Positions 1 through 12,330 of a DNA stretch of 64,000 nt are shown piece by piece. The DNA lies in NCBI GenBank assembly GCA_013265495.1, contig MU060042.1, positions 5,452,258 through 5,516,257 of the forward strand, given 5' to 3'. The translations under genes and the position numbers were made by a program. This DNA comes from Vicugna vicugna (taxonomy: Eukaryota). The notes beneath the pieces are model-generated. The model did not search any database. It was given only the letters and a program-made list of their open reading frames with translations, and was not told the origin of the DNA. The stretch's first letter is position 1; each line of letters opens with the position of its first letter.

Positions 1-521
1 TAATTAAAATAAAGGAAAAGATTCCAGAGTTGAACACAGAATTTTAAAAAATCATAGCTCCAAAAACTGATTCAGCCCCTCTTTTGTGTTGCTAGAATGA
101 GATATGGCTGACAAAGCAATCTTCTTCAGTTTTTAAATAGAAATTTCAATGTTGACTACAGTAAGTTCAATTTCAGGGTAAATATAAGTGGAAATTATGT
201 TACCAAGACATAACATCAATCTTAGCTTTGTTAGAATTTAAGAAGACAAACTACTGATCCTTTTAAGTCAGTATTCATGGAGAAATAACTATAATTATTG
301 ACTTAAACGTTCTCAATAATATTAGGTCATACTTACGCAAATTATTTCACATATTTAGCCAAAATTAAAACAACACTTAGTTCCTACAAAATGGGAAAGG
401 TGTATATGGTGTATTACCATTGGTCAAAGAAAAGACGCATATGTTAATAAACACTTTAATTCATAAAACAAAAATGGAAGGGTGGACCACAAAACAAAAA
501 CAGAAGTAGTTGGAGAACACA

Positions 522-734
522 AAGCAGACCCCTGAGCACCACAGGCTGAACTGCGCAGGCCCACTTCCATGTGGATGTTTTCAGTGAATGTGTGCCACAG
601 GCCACATGGTCCCCCGGTGGTTGAAGCCACCGACACAGGGGAACCGTGGGCACGGAGGCCTGACTGCAATGTTATGTGTGGTTTTGACCATGAGGGTTGG
701 CACCCCTAACAACAGCTCGTTCAAGGATCAACTG
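522..734. mobile_element. Tigger2-family (MER8-like) non-autonomous DNA transposon
   Basis: The right end GTTCAAGGATCAACTG followed by TA, and the decayed left end AAGCAGACCCCTGAGCACC, match the Tigger2 TIR CAGTTGACCCTTGAACAAC. The internal TGAACTGCGCAGGCCCACTT matches the recalled consensus. Confidence 0.75.
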
Positions 735-779
735 TACCTTGAGTTATCAGCCTTACTTTGGAACTGCGTGAATACATAA

Positions 780-2345
780 AAGAATTAATAAGCAAAAATC
801 AAGAAAACATATGTTAGAACAAACTAGACTGTGACAATAAAAGTGAATAGATTAAACACTTCTCCTACAGGTACTCTCACATAAAATAAAAAAAAATTTA
901 AGTAATTCAAATACATGGTGATTCTAAGCGACAAAATGGCAAGATTGTGCATCATAACTTCCTTTCTGATACTGAAAAAACAGAGAGTACCCAGTCAATG
1001 AACATATGAATCGATCATTTACATCCATTCAAGGAATATTACATCTACTCATGTTCTCAGGACATTTAGAAGTATCACAAAATTCACATGATATATGATT
1101 AAGTTTTAAAAGCTTATGGTCCTCAATTTGACAAAGAATAACATTAAAAGACCTACAGTCATCATTACATTCAATAGTGAGAAACTCAAACTTTCCCACT
1201 AAGATCAGGAACAAGGTGAGAGCGTGCCCACTCACCGCTTTTCAACATTATGCTGGAAGCTCTAATGAATGCAATAAGACAGAAAATCACATAAAAGATG
1301 TGCAGCTTGGGAAGGAAGAAATAAAACTTACTTTGTTTACAGACAACATGGTCATCTCTGTAGAAAATCCAAAACAAACAAACAAAAAAACAACCAAAAA
1401 TCTCCTGAAACTAATAAGTGGTTTTAGCAAAGTTGCAGGACACAAGGTTAATACACAAAAGTCAATTGTTTTTCTATGGACCAACAGTGAACGAGTGGAA
1501 TTTGAAATTAAAAACACAATATTGTTTAAATCAGCACCTCAAAAAATGAAATACTTAGGTTACTCTCTAGCAAAATATGTACAAAATCCACATGAAGAAC
1601 ACTATAAAATGTGGATAAATGAAACCAGAGAAGAACTAAATAAATGGAGAGATGTCCCATGTTCATGGATAGGAGGACCCAGTACAGTCAAGATGTCAGT
1701 TCTTCCCAACATGATCTGGAGCATCAACCCAGTCCTGATCAAAACCCCAGCAAGTTACACTGTGGATATCAGCAATTCAATTCTAAAGTTTATATGGAGA
1801 GCAGACAAAAAACCCAGAATAGTCAACACAACATTGAAGGAAAAGAGCGAAGTCAGAGGACAAACACTGCCCCACTTCAGGAGTCGCTGTGAAGCTCCAG
1901 CAATCAAGACAGTGTGGCATCACAGAAAGAGCAGACACAGATCAATGGAACAAAATGGAGCGTCCAGAAATAGACCCACATAAATCTAATCAACCGGCCT
2001 CTGACAAAGGAACAAAGGCAACACAACGGAGCAAAGTTAAAATTTTAAACAAATGGTGCCGGAACAACTGAACATCCACATGCAAAAAATGAACCCAGAT
2101 GCCGACCTTACACACCCACCCAGAGAATTAACTCAAAATGGATCACAGACCAAAATTTAAAATGCAAAACTATAGACCTGGAAGGTAGGGCAGGAGGAAA
2201 CCTAGATGACTTTGGGTATGGTGATGATTTTCAGCTACAACATCAGAAGCACAGTTCATGAAAGAAATAATTATTAAGCTAGCCTTCATCAACGTTAAAA
2301 GTCCTGCTCTGAGAAAGACAATGTCAAGAGAATGCAAAGACCAGC
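780..2345 (+). mobile_element. Old LINE-1 ORF2 remnant (decayed endonuclease-region piece followed by RT and C-terminal region), non-functional
   Basis: ORF 1177-1983 reads as L1 ORF2 (EEIKLTLFTDNMVI, FSKVAGHKVNTQKS, NKWRDVPCSWIG, ILKFIW). The RT catalytic F/YADD motif has become FTDN. L1 similarity continues out of frame to about 2345. The boundaries are approximate. Confidence 0.9.
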
Positions 2346-2394
2346 CGCAGATCCTCCTTCGAAGCGTGTGACCGCGACGGACGCTGGTTTGGAG

Positions 2395-2795
2395 TAGACT
2401 GAACTCCTCACCGGGGGACCGCTGAAATGAAGCACCCCAGACGGGTGGCTTCCAACCACAGAACCCGATGCCCTCGCAGTGTAGGGACCAGAAGCCCGAG
2501 GTCTGGCGTGGGCAGAGCTCTGGGACTCTGGACGAGTCCCTGCCCCTGTCCCCCGCTTCAGGAGAACAGGGGCATCCTAGCCTGTCGCTGCATCACATCA
2601 CATCTGCTCCATCTTCATGTGGCCGTCTCCTCTGCGTCTGTGCTCTCTCCTTGTGAGGGTACCAGTCCCTCATGACCTCCTCCTAACATAATCACATCTG
2701 CAAAGACCCCATTTCCAAAGAAGGGCACATTCACAGACCAGCCAGGGGTCAGAACTGAACACATCTTTTGGGCAGACATGATTCAGCCCACTACC
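2395..2795 (-). mobile_element. MLT1 (ERVL-MaLR) solo LTR
   Basis: GGGTGGCTTCCAACCACAGAA...CCAGAAGCCCGAGGTCTGGCGTGGGCAG and TAATCACATCTGCAAAGACCCCATTTCCAAAGAAGGGCACATTCACAG match the reverse strand of the MLT1C/D consensus as recalled. Confidence 0.85.
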
Positions 2796-4294
2796 TGGAC
2801 AATCTAGAACTTACTTGTGCTCACACCTGGCTGTTCGTTTTGCTTCCTCTGTGCTGGTCTGATGTGCCCACCTCCACCAGATTCTTCATCAGACTCAGAC
2901 TGTGTTCTCCAACGTGTGATCAGCTGTCCCAAGTCCCTTGACTCAGCACCAGTGAGACAGGCTGAGGTCACCTTTCAAAGCAAGAAAAGGGAAGTCTGAA
3001 AAAGCATAAAACTGAACATCAAAACACAAACTCTGGAGATTTTTCTCCGAAAGTGCAGATACTGGCTGCTTCGCCTCCAAATGTAAACCCCACGTTGCAG
3101 AACTTGGAAACTCTTCTGTTGTTTTATTTTGACACTGAGCTCTGAAATAACACTGTTAACTGTCTTTGTTTTTTGTTTTTTGAGAAATTGGCTTTTAACA
3201 CTAGGCAGCTGGAAAATCTCAAATGTTAGCCTAGATCTGATATATCCACTTCAGATACAAATGCCAAGTTCCCACCGAAGCTTTTCGCAGGTCAGTGAAG
3301 CAATTATCAGAGGAACCAAGACTCCGATTTACTGAGATGGATAATGGCACAGAAGGTACAGGACGAGGTGGGGCTTTTTTGTATTATTCATGGAATTCAT
3401 TCCTGGAAACACCAGAAAGATCTTTAATCCCCAAAGCCAGGTTACAGCAGGTCCCAGGAGCAGCCTGGGCGGCCGGGCTCGCTCCCGGTGGCCACAGCAG
3501 GAGCACCAGGTGCCCCAGGTTCACGGGCAGGGGGAGCAGAAAAGGGGCTGCTTCTCTAAACTGAGTCTGGCCTACGAAAACAGGTCTGTTCCTGTGGGAG
3601 GCTTTTCCAAGTCTGATAAACTGTACTGTGTGCCCGTGACCATCCGTGTGAGTGACTGTGAATCTAAAAAGTGCTGTTTTAAGAAGACAAAGTGCGAGTG
3701 AAGTAAGCTGAGGTGGTGTGAAAGGCGGCAGTCCACAGTCAGTGGGCCCAGCACAGTCTAGCGACAGGCAGCGTCCTCCTCCGCTGTCCGCAAAGACTAG
3801 TTTCGCTGGAGAGTTTTGCAAAGTTGAACACGAGAGAGGGAGAGGTGGTGGTGGGGCGGGGGAGCCACGTCGCAGCAGAGGATTTAGCAGCTCAGTTCAA
3901 CGCAGGGCATTTTTTTTAACATTTTTTTTATTGAGTTATAGTCATTTTACAATGCTGTGTCAAATTCCAACGTAGAGCACAATTTTTCAGTTATACATGA
4001 ACGTACATATGTTCATTGTCACATTTTTTTCCCTGTGAGCTACTATAAGAACTTGTGTATATTTCCCTGTGCTGTACAGTATAATCTTGTTTATCTATTC
4101 TACATTTTGAAATCCCGTCTATCCCTTCCCACCCCCTGCCCCCTTGGCAACCACAAGTTTGTATTCTATGTCTATGAGTCTGTTTCTGTTTTGTTTTTAC
4201 GTTTTGTTTGTTTGTTTGTTTATTTTAGATTCCACATATGAGTGATCTCATATGGTATTTTTCTTTCTCTTTCTGGCTTACTTCACTTAAAATG

Positions 4295-4483
4295 NNNNNN
4301 NNNNNNNNNNNNNNNNNNNNNNNNNNNNNNNNNNNNNNNNNNNNNNNNNNNNNNNNNNNNNNNNNNNNNNNNNNNNNNNNNNNNNNNNNNNNNNNNNNNN
4401 NNNNNNNNNNNNNNNNNNNNNNNNNNNNNNNNNNNNNNNNNNNNNNNNNNNNNNNNNNNNNNNNNNNNNNNNNNNNNNNNNNN
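4295..4483. other. Run of N (unresolved bases) inside the L1
   Basis: Seen directly. Confidence 0.99.
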
Positions 4484-4667
4484 TCCTGAAGTAGGGTTCC
4501 TTCTGGATATATGCCCAGGAGTGGGACTCCTGGGTCCTATGGTAAGTCTGTTCCTAGTCTTCTGAGGAATCTCCACACTGTTTTCCATAGTGGCTGCACC
4601 AAACTGCATTCCCACCAGCAGTGTAGGAGGGTTCCCTTTTCTCCACAGTCTCTCTGGCGTTTGTCAT

Positions 4668-4824
4668 NNNNNNNNNNNNNNNNNNNNNNNNNNNNNNNNN
4701 NNNNNNNNNNNNNNNNNNNNNNNNNNNNNNNNNNNNNNNNNNNNNNNNNNNNNNNNNNNNNNNNNNNNNNNNNNNNNNNNNNNNNNNNNNNNNNNNNNNN
4801 NNNNNNNNNNNNNNNNNNNNNNNN
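4668..4824. other. Run of N (unresolved bases) inside the L1
   Basis: Seen directly. Confidence 0.97.
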
Positions 4825-6624
4825 CTTCTGCCCATTTTTGGAGTGGGTTGTTTGTTTTTTTCTTATTAAGTTGTATGAGCTGCTTATATATTCTGGAGAT
4901 CAAGCCTTTGTCAGTTTCATTTGCAAAAATTTTCTCCCATTCCGTAGGTTGTCTTTTTATTTTACTTCTGGTTTCCCTTGCTGTGCAGAAGCTTGTAAGT
5001 TTCATTAGGTCCCATTTGTTTATTCATGCTTTTGTTTCTATTGCTTGGGTCGACTGTCCTAGGAGAGCATTTTTGAGATGTATGTCAGGTAATGCTTTGC
5101 CTATATTTTCTTCTAGGAGGTTTATTGTATCTTGTCTTATCTTTAAGTCTTTGATCCATTTTGAGTTTATTTTTGTGCATGGTGTAAGGGAGTGTTCTAG
5201 CTTCATTGATTTACATGCTGCTGTCCAGTTTTCCCAACACCATTTGCTGAAGAGACTGTCTTTATTCCATTGTATGTTCTTGCCTCCTTTGTCGAAGATT
5301 AGTTGACCAAAGGTTTGTAGGTTCATTTCTGGGCTCTCTATTCTGTTCCAATGGTCCATATGTCTGTTTTTATACCAACACCATGCTGCCTTGATTACTG
5401 TAGCTCTATAGTATTGTCTGAAATCTGGGAGGGTTATTCCTCCAGCCTCTTTCTTTTTCTTCAGTAATGTTTTGGCAATTCTAGGTCTTTTGTGGTTCCA
5501 TATAAATTTTATTATGATTTGTTCTAGTTCTGTGAAATATGTCCCAACTCAGGACATTTTTGAAGGCTTGACAACAAACTACCCCTTTTCAGCATCCTTC
5601 TACCTTTTTTTCTCTTTTGCAATGAAACGTCTTACTTCTACAATGTGGACTGGAGGACACCCAGGGTTTATGTCGGAAGACAAGCACCATGTTTTGAAGA
5701 AATACTGTCTCCTCTGGGCTGGGGCATCACATGACAGGTGACTAAGTCCTTACCTGACCCCAGGGTCCTTACATTCCTTCAAATCTGAGCCCCCTGAGCT
5801 GTGACCAGAGCTGCCGAGGGGGGCACAGGGGAGCGGGACATGCGGGGAGCTGGCCGGTTGTCAGGGGGCCGAGGCCGGGAGCGTGGCTGCGCTACGGCAG
5901 GAGCCAGCAGTGTCTTTGCCAGGGCGGTTCCTCGCAGACTCAGACTGGCCTTGTTGTTCTCAGGATGTGCGCAGACGGCTGCACGTGCTCCTCATGATAC
6001 GCTGTAGGATTCATCACGCCCCACGCTGTGCCGGGTGAAAACTAAGTGACACAAGTTCTGTGAAATGTGTGCGTGTTGACAAATGAGTCCTGAATGCCAT
6101 ATCTGCACCTTCATGCTACCGCTGGTTCTTGCTGGGAAAATCTGAACAGCTAAGTCTGGGTGAGTGGCTCCCCTCCGGTCCTTCCCTGTCATGAGAACCA
6201 GCGGACTCAGCCATCCCTGGAGGCCGGCCGCCGCGCAGGCACATCTGGACCGGTCCGGCTGCTAAGGGCTCGGTGATGGAGGCTGGAAGCTGACACAGGA
6301 ACAGGTGCATGTGGCCAAGAAGGCCTCACACGCCTGGGCTCAGAGGAAGAGAGTGTGAAGGGGTGACTGTGGTCACTTACTTGCACATGAGCAGGATGAA
6401 GTCACAACCACAGAAACGGCACTGAGCATGAGTCTGTGCTGCCAGAGACACGGAGAGCACTGTGCTGGGCAGCCTTCCCGGCCTTGTTTCTATTTGCATG
6501 TAACGTGAAGGAGACAGACAGACGACAGACAGACGGACGGATGTCTGACAGACACACGTGTGCTTAGACACACAGCTGCTCAGCTACACCACACACGGCC
6601 TGCACTTAGAGCGGATTTTCTATG

Positions 6625-6815
6625 CCTGGCTTTTTCATCCAACAATGTATCTTGCGTATGATCCTATGTCAATGAGCACACATCAGCCTCAGTTTTAATA
6701 GCTGCAGAGTGTTTGTGTCACTACAATATGATTTCCTCACATAAATCCCCTTTGGAGCTACTTAGGATTTTTCTTAAATTCTTACCTGCTGTAAACAATG
6801 CTGCATCTTTACACT
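6625..6815 (-). mobile_element. Ancient L1ME-like 3' fragment
   Basis: TTTCATCCAACAATGTATCTTG...TTTTAATAGCTGCAGAGT...GTAAACAATGCTGC resembles the antisense L1ME 3' end. Confidence 0.55.
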
Positions 6816-9119
6816 AAGGCTTCTTCATTCTGCATCTAGAAAACCAACATTCATGCACCTGCCTGATTATTTTCTAAGGCTGCAGTTCAGGACGCAATAT
6901 CTGGACGGACATTAAGGTGGCTTTAAAAGCTCCTCGTGCCTGTGAAGCGGGTGGGGCTGTGGCAGGCCAGCAAGCCCTGTGTCCCTGCACAGCCAGCACA
7001 GGGCTGCTGGGCCACTGCCTCCAGCTTGACGCTGACATGGGTGCTGGAGAGGGTTCGCAGAGAAGTGGGAGCACGAATTTCCACGTGGAGGCGACAAAGG
7101 TGAGAACGAACACAACGAAGCGGGGGTCCCCAGAGGCTAATCCTCTGAGCGTGGGTGATGCCAGGTACACACGGGTGATGTACACACGTGGGAAACCCCA
7201 GTCCATGACTGCGCCAGAAGGCTCCAGGGAACACCCCAGAAGCACAGCAGGAGGCACGCGGGTGTTCTGAGTAAGCTGGGGCAAAGCGACAAGTTAAAGT
7301 CCCAATGGGTCTTCACTTCGTCTTGTTTCTTTTACCAAAGCCTGTGCTTTGGGTTTTGTTAAGTCCTGAGTGGAGACAATCTAAGGATCACGTACCAGGT
7401 GAAAGCTTGAATATGGTTCATCAGGACAGACATGAATGATTTATATCAACGAGGCTTCTCCAAGTCTATTTAACACCCACATTTCTCACCGTGACCGCAT
7501 CGTGTCCCCAGGAAATAGCTGTTCCTGCACAGAGCCTGAAACTGCACCGTGAGCAGTAGGTCCCCGGCCCCCGGCGGGCCCCGCTGCACGGTCACACCTC
7601 AGCCCCCATCGCCCCTCGTCCGCCTCGGAGGGTCTCGGGCTGCGCTTTCCAGACCAAATGCTCCTCCACATGTCTTTCAAAAACCATAGCCTGCTCCTTT
7701 TATCCCTTCAGAAAGGCTTTAGATCGTTTCCGCTCTGCATCTTGAGGTAGCTCCTTAAAGAAATAGCAATCAGAAAGTTGCTAATTGCTTTTTTATTTTA
7801 TAGTGGCAGCTCCGACTTTATTTTCCTCTGGCAGTAAAGTATTATTAAAAGTTGTTTGATTTGATTTTTTTCTCACGTCTAAATCTTTCAACAAATGTTC
7901 ACTTAAGATGTTTAGTGTGCTTTCTCTTCTCCTAAAAAGTTCAGATTGAAAAAAATAAAACAAGCTACTCAGAAGGAATTTTATTTCAACTTTTTTTTAC
8001 AATGACAATAATTTCTAGATTTCAGAGTTGTTACTCTGTCTCAAAAGCCAGCACTTAAGCATGCTTGGCTCCCGCTGCCTCTCCGTGGTTCCCAGGGAGG
8101 ACCATGGCTTTAAACTGTGCAAAGAGGGAAGTCAAATGGGAATCTGGGCTGTGTAACTCAGGAAGAACTGGCTCGGGCAGACGCCCCCAGGGCCAGCCCT
8201 CTGCTTTCACGTCGGAGAGCCTGTCATACACCTGGCGGAAGTGACCACTGGCCACGCCGAGTTTGCTCCTTTCATGGAGGTCGGCGATGTCAGCTATGGA
8301 AACATATAAAACCCATTGTCGGTTAATATCATGCTGATTTCAAGGGAGGGAGCTTGCCCTTGACACCCTGGAGAGGTGACTTACCTTCTTAAGATGAAAT
8401 TGCATAAGTTCACAAAGTGTCCGCGCACCTGCCTGGGGCCTCCCTGCTTGTGTCAGTGATTGTGGTGTCTCCCTCCTTCCTGTCCAGCCGCTTCTCTGAG
8501 TCTCCTGTTAGTTTCTCTTTGTTTCTCGCCTTTTCTCTCCTCAGTCAGTGTGCCACGATGTCGGCGTCCCTCTCTGGAGGACGTTGTGACTTGACGTCGC
8601 TGGGGCCTGGGCAGCGTGGCTGTGGACACGGCTGGATGAAGCCATTAGATGTAATTGTTTTAACGCCCTGAGAGGCAGGAACCCACAGCATTGATAATAA
8701 GCAGATATCTCTTTGCTTCTGCATAAAAATGAGCACCTAGTGCCAGGGTGCAGGGCCCCACTGTCCACTGTCTCTCCCCAAAAGGACCGTGTGAGTGGAC
8801 ACATCCACCAGGTATGGAGGAAGCTGCACTTCCTCTACCTGTAGGTTTCACATAACTAGAGACCAGGCTGTCCTGACAGACCTCCTCTCTGACGCTCACG
8901 CTGCCAGATGTGGCTGAGGCACTGGGCCAGGCCCCACCCCGAGGTCCTGCTGGGCCGGACCACGCAGCCCCCGGGGGAGTCGCCAGGAGGCAGGGATGCA
9001 GGGCTTTGCGTCAGACTAGGGCTTGTTACTAAGCCTCTTGGAAACTTGGTTCCTTTACTCGTCGGCACTAAGTGGACTACATGAGACACCACCGCCCCAG
9101 GCTCCAGGCACAGAGCAGC

Positions 9120-9230
9120 CACTCTGCGCGCGCGCGGACTCACTCCGCGCCCCGGGACCCGGGCGCCGGGCAGCCGCGCTGACCCGGAGGCAGGCGGCCC
9201 GCGCCAGGCGCGTTTTCACCGATCTGTAGG
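9120..9230. promoter_or_regulatory. Small CpG-rich island with a (GC)n run
   Basis: High CpG density; TGCGCGCGCGCG at 9125-9136. Confidence 0.45.
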
Positions 9231-10854
9231 GGAACAAGAGCTGTAAGAACAAACAGCTTTCAGTGTTGCTTGCTTTTCACATACATGGAGATAACAGATC
9301 ATATTTTGTGTTTTAAGTGTGTGTTTAATGATTTTCATTGAAGAGATTTAAAACCTTGTTGAATCCATGCTGATCTTTTTTTTCTTTCTTCTTTTATTTT
9401 GTCATGCAATCCAAAACTTTGAGAGGGCCGATCCCCAGTAATTATTTCTTATTTCCCTGGGCAGCTTTGGAAGCAGGTTTTATTCTTATAAGAAACTTCA
9501 ATTACACCAGAAAGACTGGAATTCACTTTATTTAAAATTAGAAAGTATCCACACGCACTCATTACCAGTACTTGACTCTCAGGGGTACGTTAACATTGTA
9601 AACATACACTTAGAAATTACAGCAGTATCTGTAGAGATTTAGTCTTCAAGTTTTACTTTAAAGTTAAGTACAGAATGAGCCACCAGTCAGTCAGCAACGT
9701 GTGTTGACTCCTACGAGTCCTCCTCTCGTAACAAAAATGACAGGAGGGGATGATGGCACGAGGATGGAGACCTGAAGTATCGCCCCACGTGTCCTGGCGC
9801 GGGGGCTGCTGTGAGCGCCTTACAGAGCTTTCCACGTGCTCACAGCTCCAGTCATATGTTTAAAAGATCTCTCTGCCAGGAACTATCTCAGTGTAGTTTC
9901 CTTTATAATGTTCTCAGGAATTAAAAAGAACAGCAGACAAGCATGTGACTGTCACCCATAAGTCTGTATTTCAAGAAACAATCAGATCCCCATCCAAACC
10001 CCCGAAAGCTCAAGTCAGGGCTGCAGACCTACTCGGGCTCTCCCCCTCCCATGTGTCAAATGTAGCCTCAGGACCTCAGCCGACAGGAACCTATCGGTCA
10101 TTCCCGGACCCGTGGAGTTGCTGTTTTGTCTCCACCATCTACCTTTTGCCAAAAGAATTATTTACTGGATGCAAATAGTGCCTAAAGGTGTCATTTGACT
10201 ACTGTACTGTCAAGTTGAATTATTCATTTCCATTTGTAAGAAACACCAAAAATGAGTGAACAGATGTTGTTTGCAAGGGACAAAAGAAAGCAGGAAAAAT
10301 GGTAGGGAAGGTAAGAGCCTTAATATACTGACAGAGTTGCTGGGGTTTCTTGTTTGTTTGTTTGTCTTTTGCTATTTGTGGGAAATAAAATTCATTTAAT
10401 TCATCAAAAATGACAGTGAGTTATCACACATAATGGAGAAGGATGACAAGGTTTCAAAGAAATGCAACATCCTTAGATGTTAAGTCGCAGAATCGGTGCA
10501 GCACCATAGATGCAAAGCGTCCCCCGAGACTTGGTGGCAGCGACGTAAATTATTGAATAGAATTTAATCTCCTGCTATTCACTGACATATACATGTAGAG
10601 ACTACAACTGAGGCAAAATTTTCATTGAGATGGATTTTGGGAAGTGCCATTTGGAGAATTCCAGCTGGCAAAACTCCAGCTGCTAACAAAATATAGCTTC
10701 TGTATAGATCCAACCTAAAGAGACCCCAAGTATCCAAATTAAATGTATTTGGTGCCGAGAAAAGTCTGCATGGTTACAGACTGGCAAGTGACTTCACAGC
10801 TGTCACCCCGGCAACGTCAGATAACTGAACACGTTTTATGGCAGGAGGCAGAGT

Positions 10855-11290
10855 CAGCTCAAGTGATCATCTCAATTAATGCAGAAAAAGCATTTGACAA
10901 AATCCAACACACATGCAAGATGAAAGCTCTCAGCAAGCCGGGACAAGAAGGGAATTTCCTCAACTTAAGAGGGAGCATCCACAAAAAGAGCCACAGCTAA
11001 GAGTGACGCTCTCCCTCTGAGACTGGGAAGACGTTAGGAGGTCCTCTCTCAGCACTCCTGTCCACCACCACTGTTGACGTCCTGGCTAGCGCAATAAGAC
11101 AAGACACAGAAATAAAAGGCACGGGCTGGGAAGGAAGAAACAGTCACCTCTGCAGATGGCATTCATATCTACATGCAAAACCTCACAGAATACAAAAACA
11201 AAGTGAAGCTCCAAAAACAAATGAGCAAGAAGCAAGGCTGAAAGACACAAGATCAATAAACGAAAGTCGACTCTAGTTTACACACACCTG
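10855..11290 (+). mobile_element. Old LINE-1 ORF2 RT-region fragment
   Basis: ATCATCTCAATTAATGCAGAAAAAGCATTTGACAAAATCCAACA (IISINAEKAFDKIQH) and GCAATAAGACAAGACACAGAAATAAAAGGC are diagnostic of L1 RT. Confidence 0.9.
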
Positions 11291-11379
11291 CCAAGAGCTC
11301 CTGAGGTAAAGCACCTAAAGACACCACATAAGAGAACCAAGACCCTACCAGGGAGCAGATCGAGGTCGGCATCAGCGGT

Positions 11380-12330
11380 CGTAGGTCAGGTGCCCGGACA
11401 CACCTTCATGGCACGTGACGAGACGGCATCTACTTTGCTGGCCCTCCTGCCCAAACCCATCCCCCAGTCCAATCATGAGACACACATCAGACAAACGGAA
11501 ATGGAGGGATGTCACACAAGCTGCCTGACCAGTGTTCTCCAAACTGTAAGGTCACCAAACATAAGGCCACCCTGAGAAAACGTTGCAGCCTCAAGGAGCC
11601 TAAGGAAACACAATGACTGAATGGACAGTGTTGTCCCGGATGGGACCCTGGAACAGAAAAGGGACATTAGGTAAAAACCGGCCCACCATCAGCGCAGCCG
11701 TCAGCCGTGAAGCAGGCTGTGCTCGCGGTGGCGCGGGCACCGTCACCACATACGGAAGTGGTGGGATTCCGGCTGCAGGGCCGACACTGAGGAGGCTCCA
11801 ACCCACAGCGTCTTGGTTCTGTCCCCCCAGGGAGTTGGATGGACTGGGAAGGAATCCAGGGGAGAGTGATCATTTTCACTGGAGGAAAAAAATCCATCTT
11901 GAATGGTCCCTCATGCAGGCTCCATCAGCAGAGGCAGACAAACGGGACAGTCTAAGACAATCGTCCAGAACATTCCGGTGTAACCAAGAGTCAGGTCAAG
12001 CTCCTCCCTGGAGAGATGGACTTTTACAGTAAATTCATATTTTCATTGAAATTATGACTTCATTTTCTAATATGATGTCAACACCTCGGCATGTTTTCTA
12101 TGTGCGTGAAAATACTGAAAAGCGTCCCACTGAGCAGAGACGACGAGACCCCTTAGCAACGAGACTGCAGTTAGGAAACGCACGCGTGCCGGTAGGCGCG
12201 TGGAAACTGCATTTTCTGTTTACTTGTTTGCGTATTTTATTTTCCACTTTCCCTCAACCAAAAGCAAAAGCCGTGCTCCTCGCACTGCCAAGTTCAGTGT
12301 GTAATTGTTCAACACGTGGATACTGAACAT
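11380..12330 (+). mobile_element. L1MC-like 3' UTR fragment
   Basis: CCCCAGTCCAATCATGAGACACACATCAGACAAA and GGACCCTGGAACAGAAAAGGGACATTAG match the L1MC 3' end as recalled. The boundaries are approximate. Confidence 0.7.

Larger units (their letters stand above)
3915..5544 (-). mobile_element. Young 5'-truncated LINE-1 (3' UTR plus ORF2 C-terminus) with target-site duplication
   Basis: Poly-T at the left end, a laurasiatherian-type L1 3' UTR, and minus-strand ORF2 peptides ([23 protein letters not shown]; [22 protein letters not shown]). TSD CAACGCAGGGCATTTTT (3898-3914) vs CAACTCAGGACATTTTT (5545-5561), 15/17 identical. Confidence 0.95.

Noticed and set aside
1177-5359. L1 ORF2-derived ORFs as host genes or active RT
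   Set aside because: They are truncated, frameshifted retrotransposon remnants, and the older copy lacks the catalytic aspartate pair.
10500-10720. Possible minus-strand exon LDLYRSYILLAAGVLPAGILQMALPKIHLNENF
   Set aside because: Weak acceptor, no recognisable homology, and stops close the frames.
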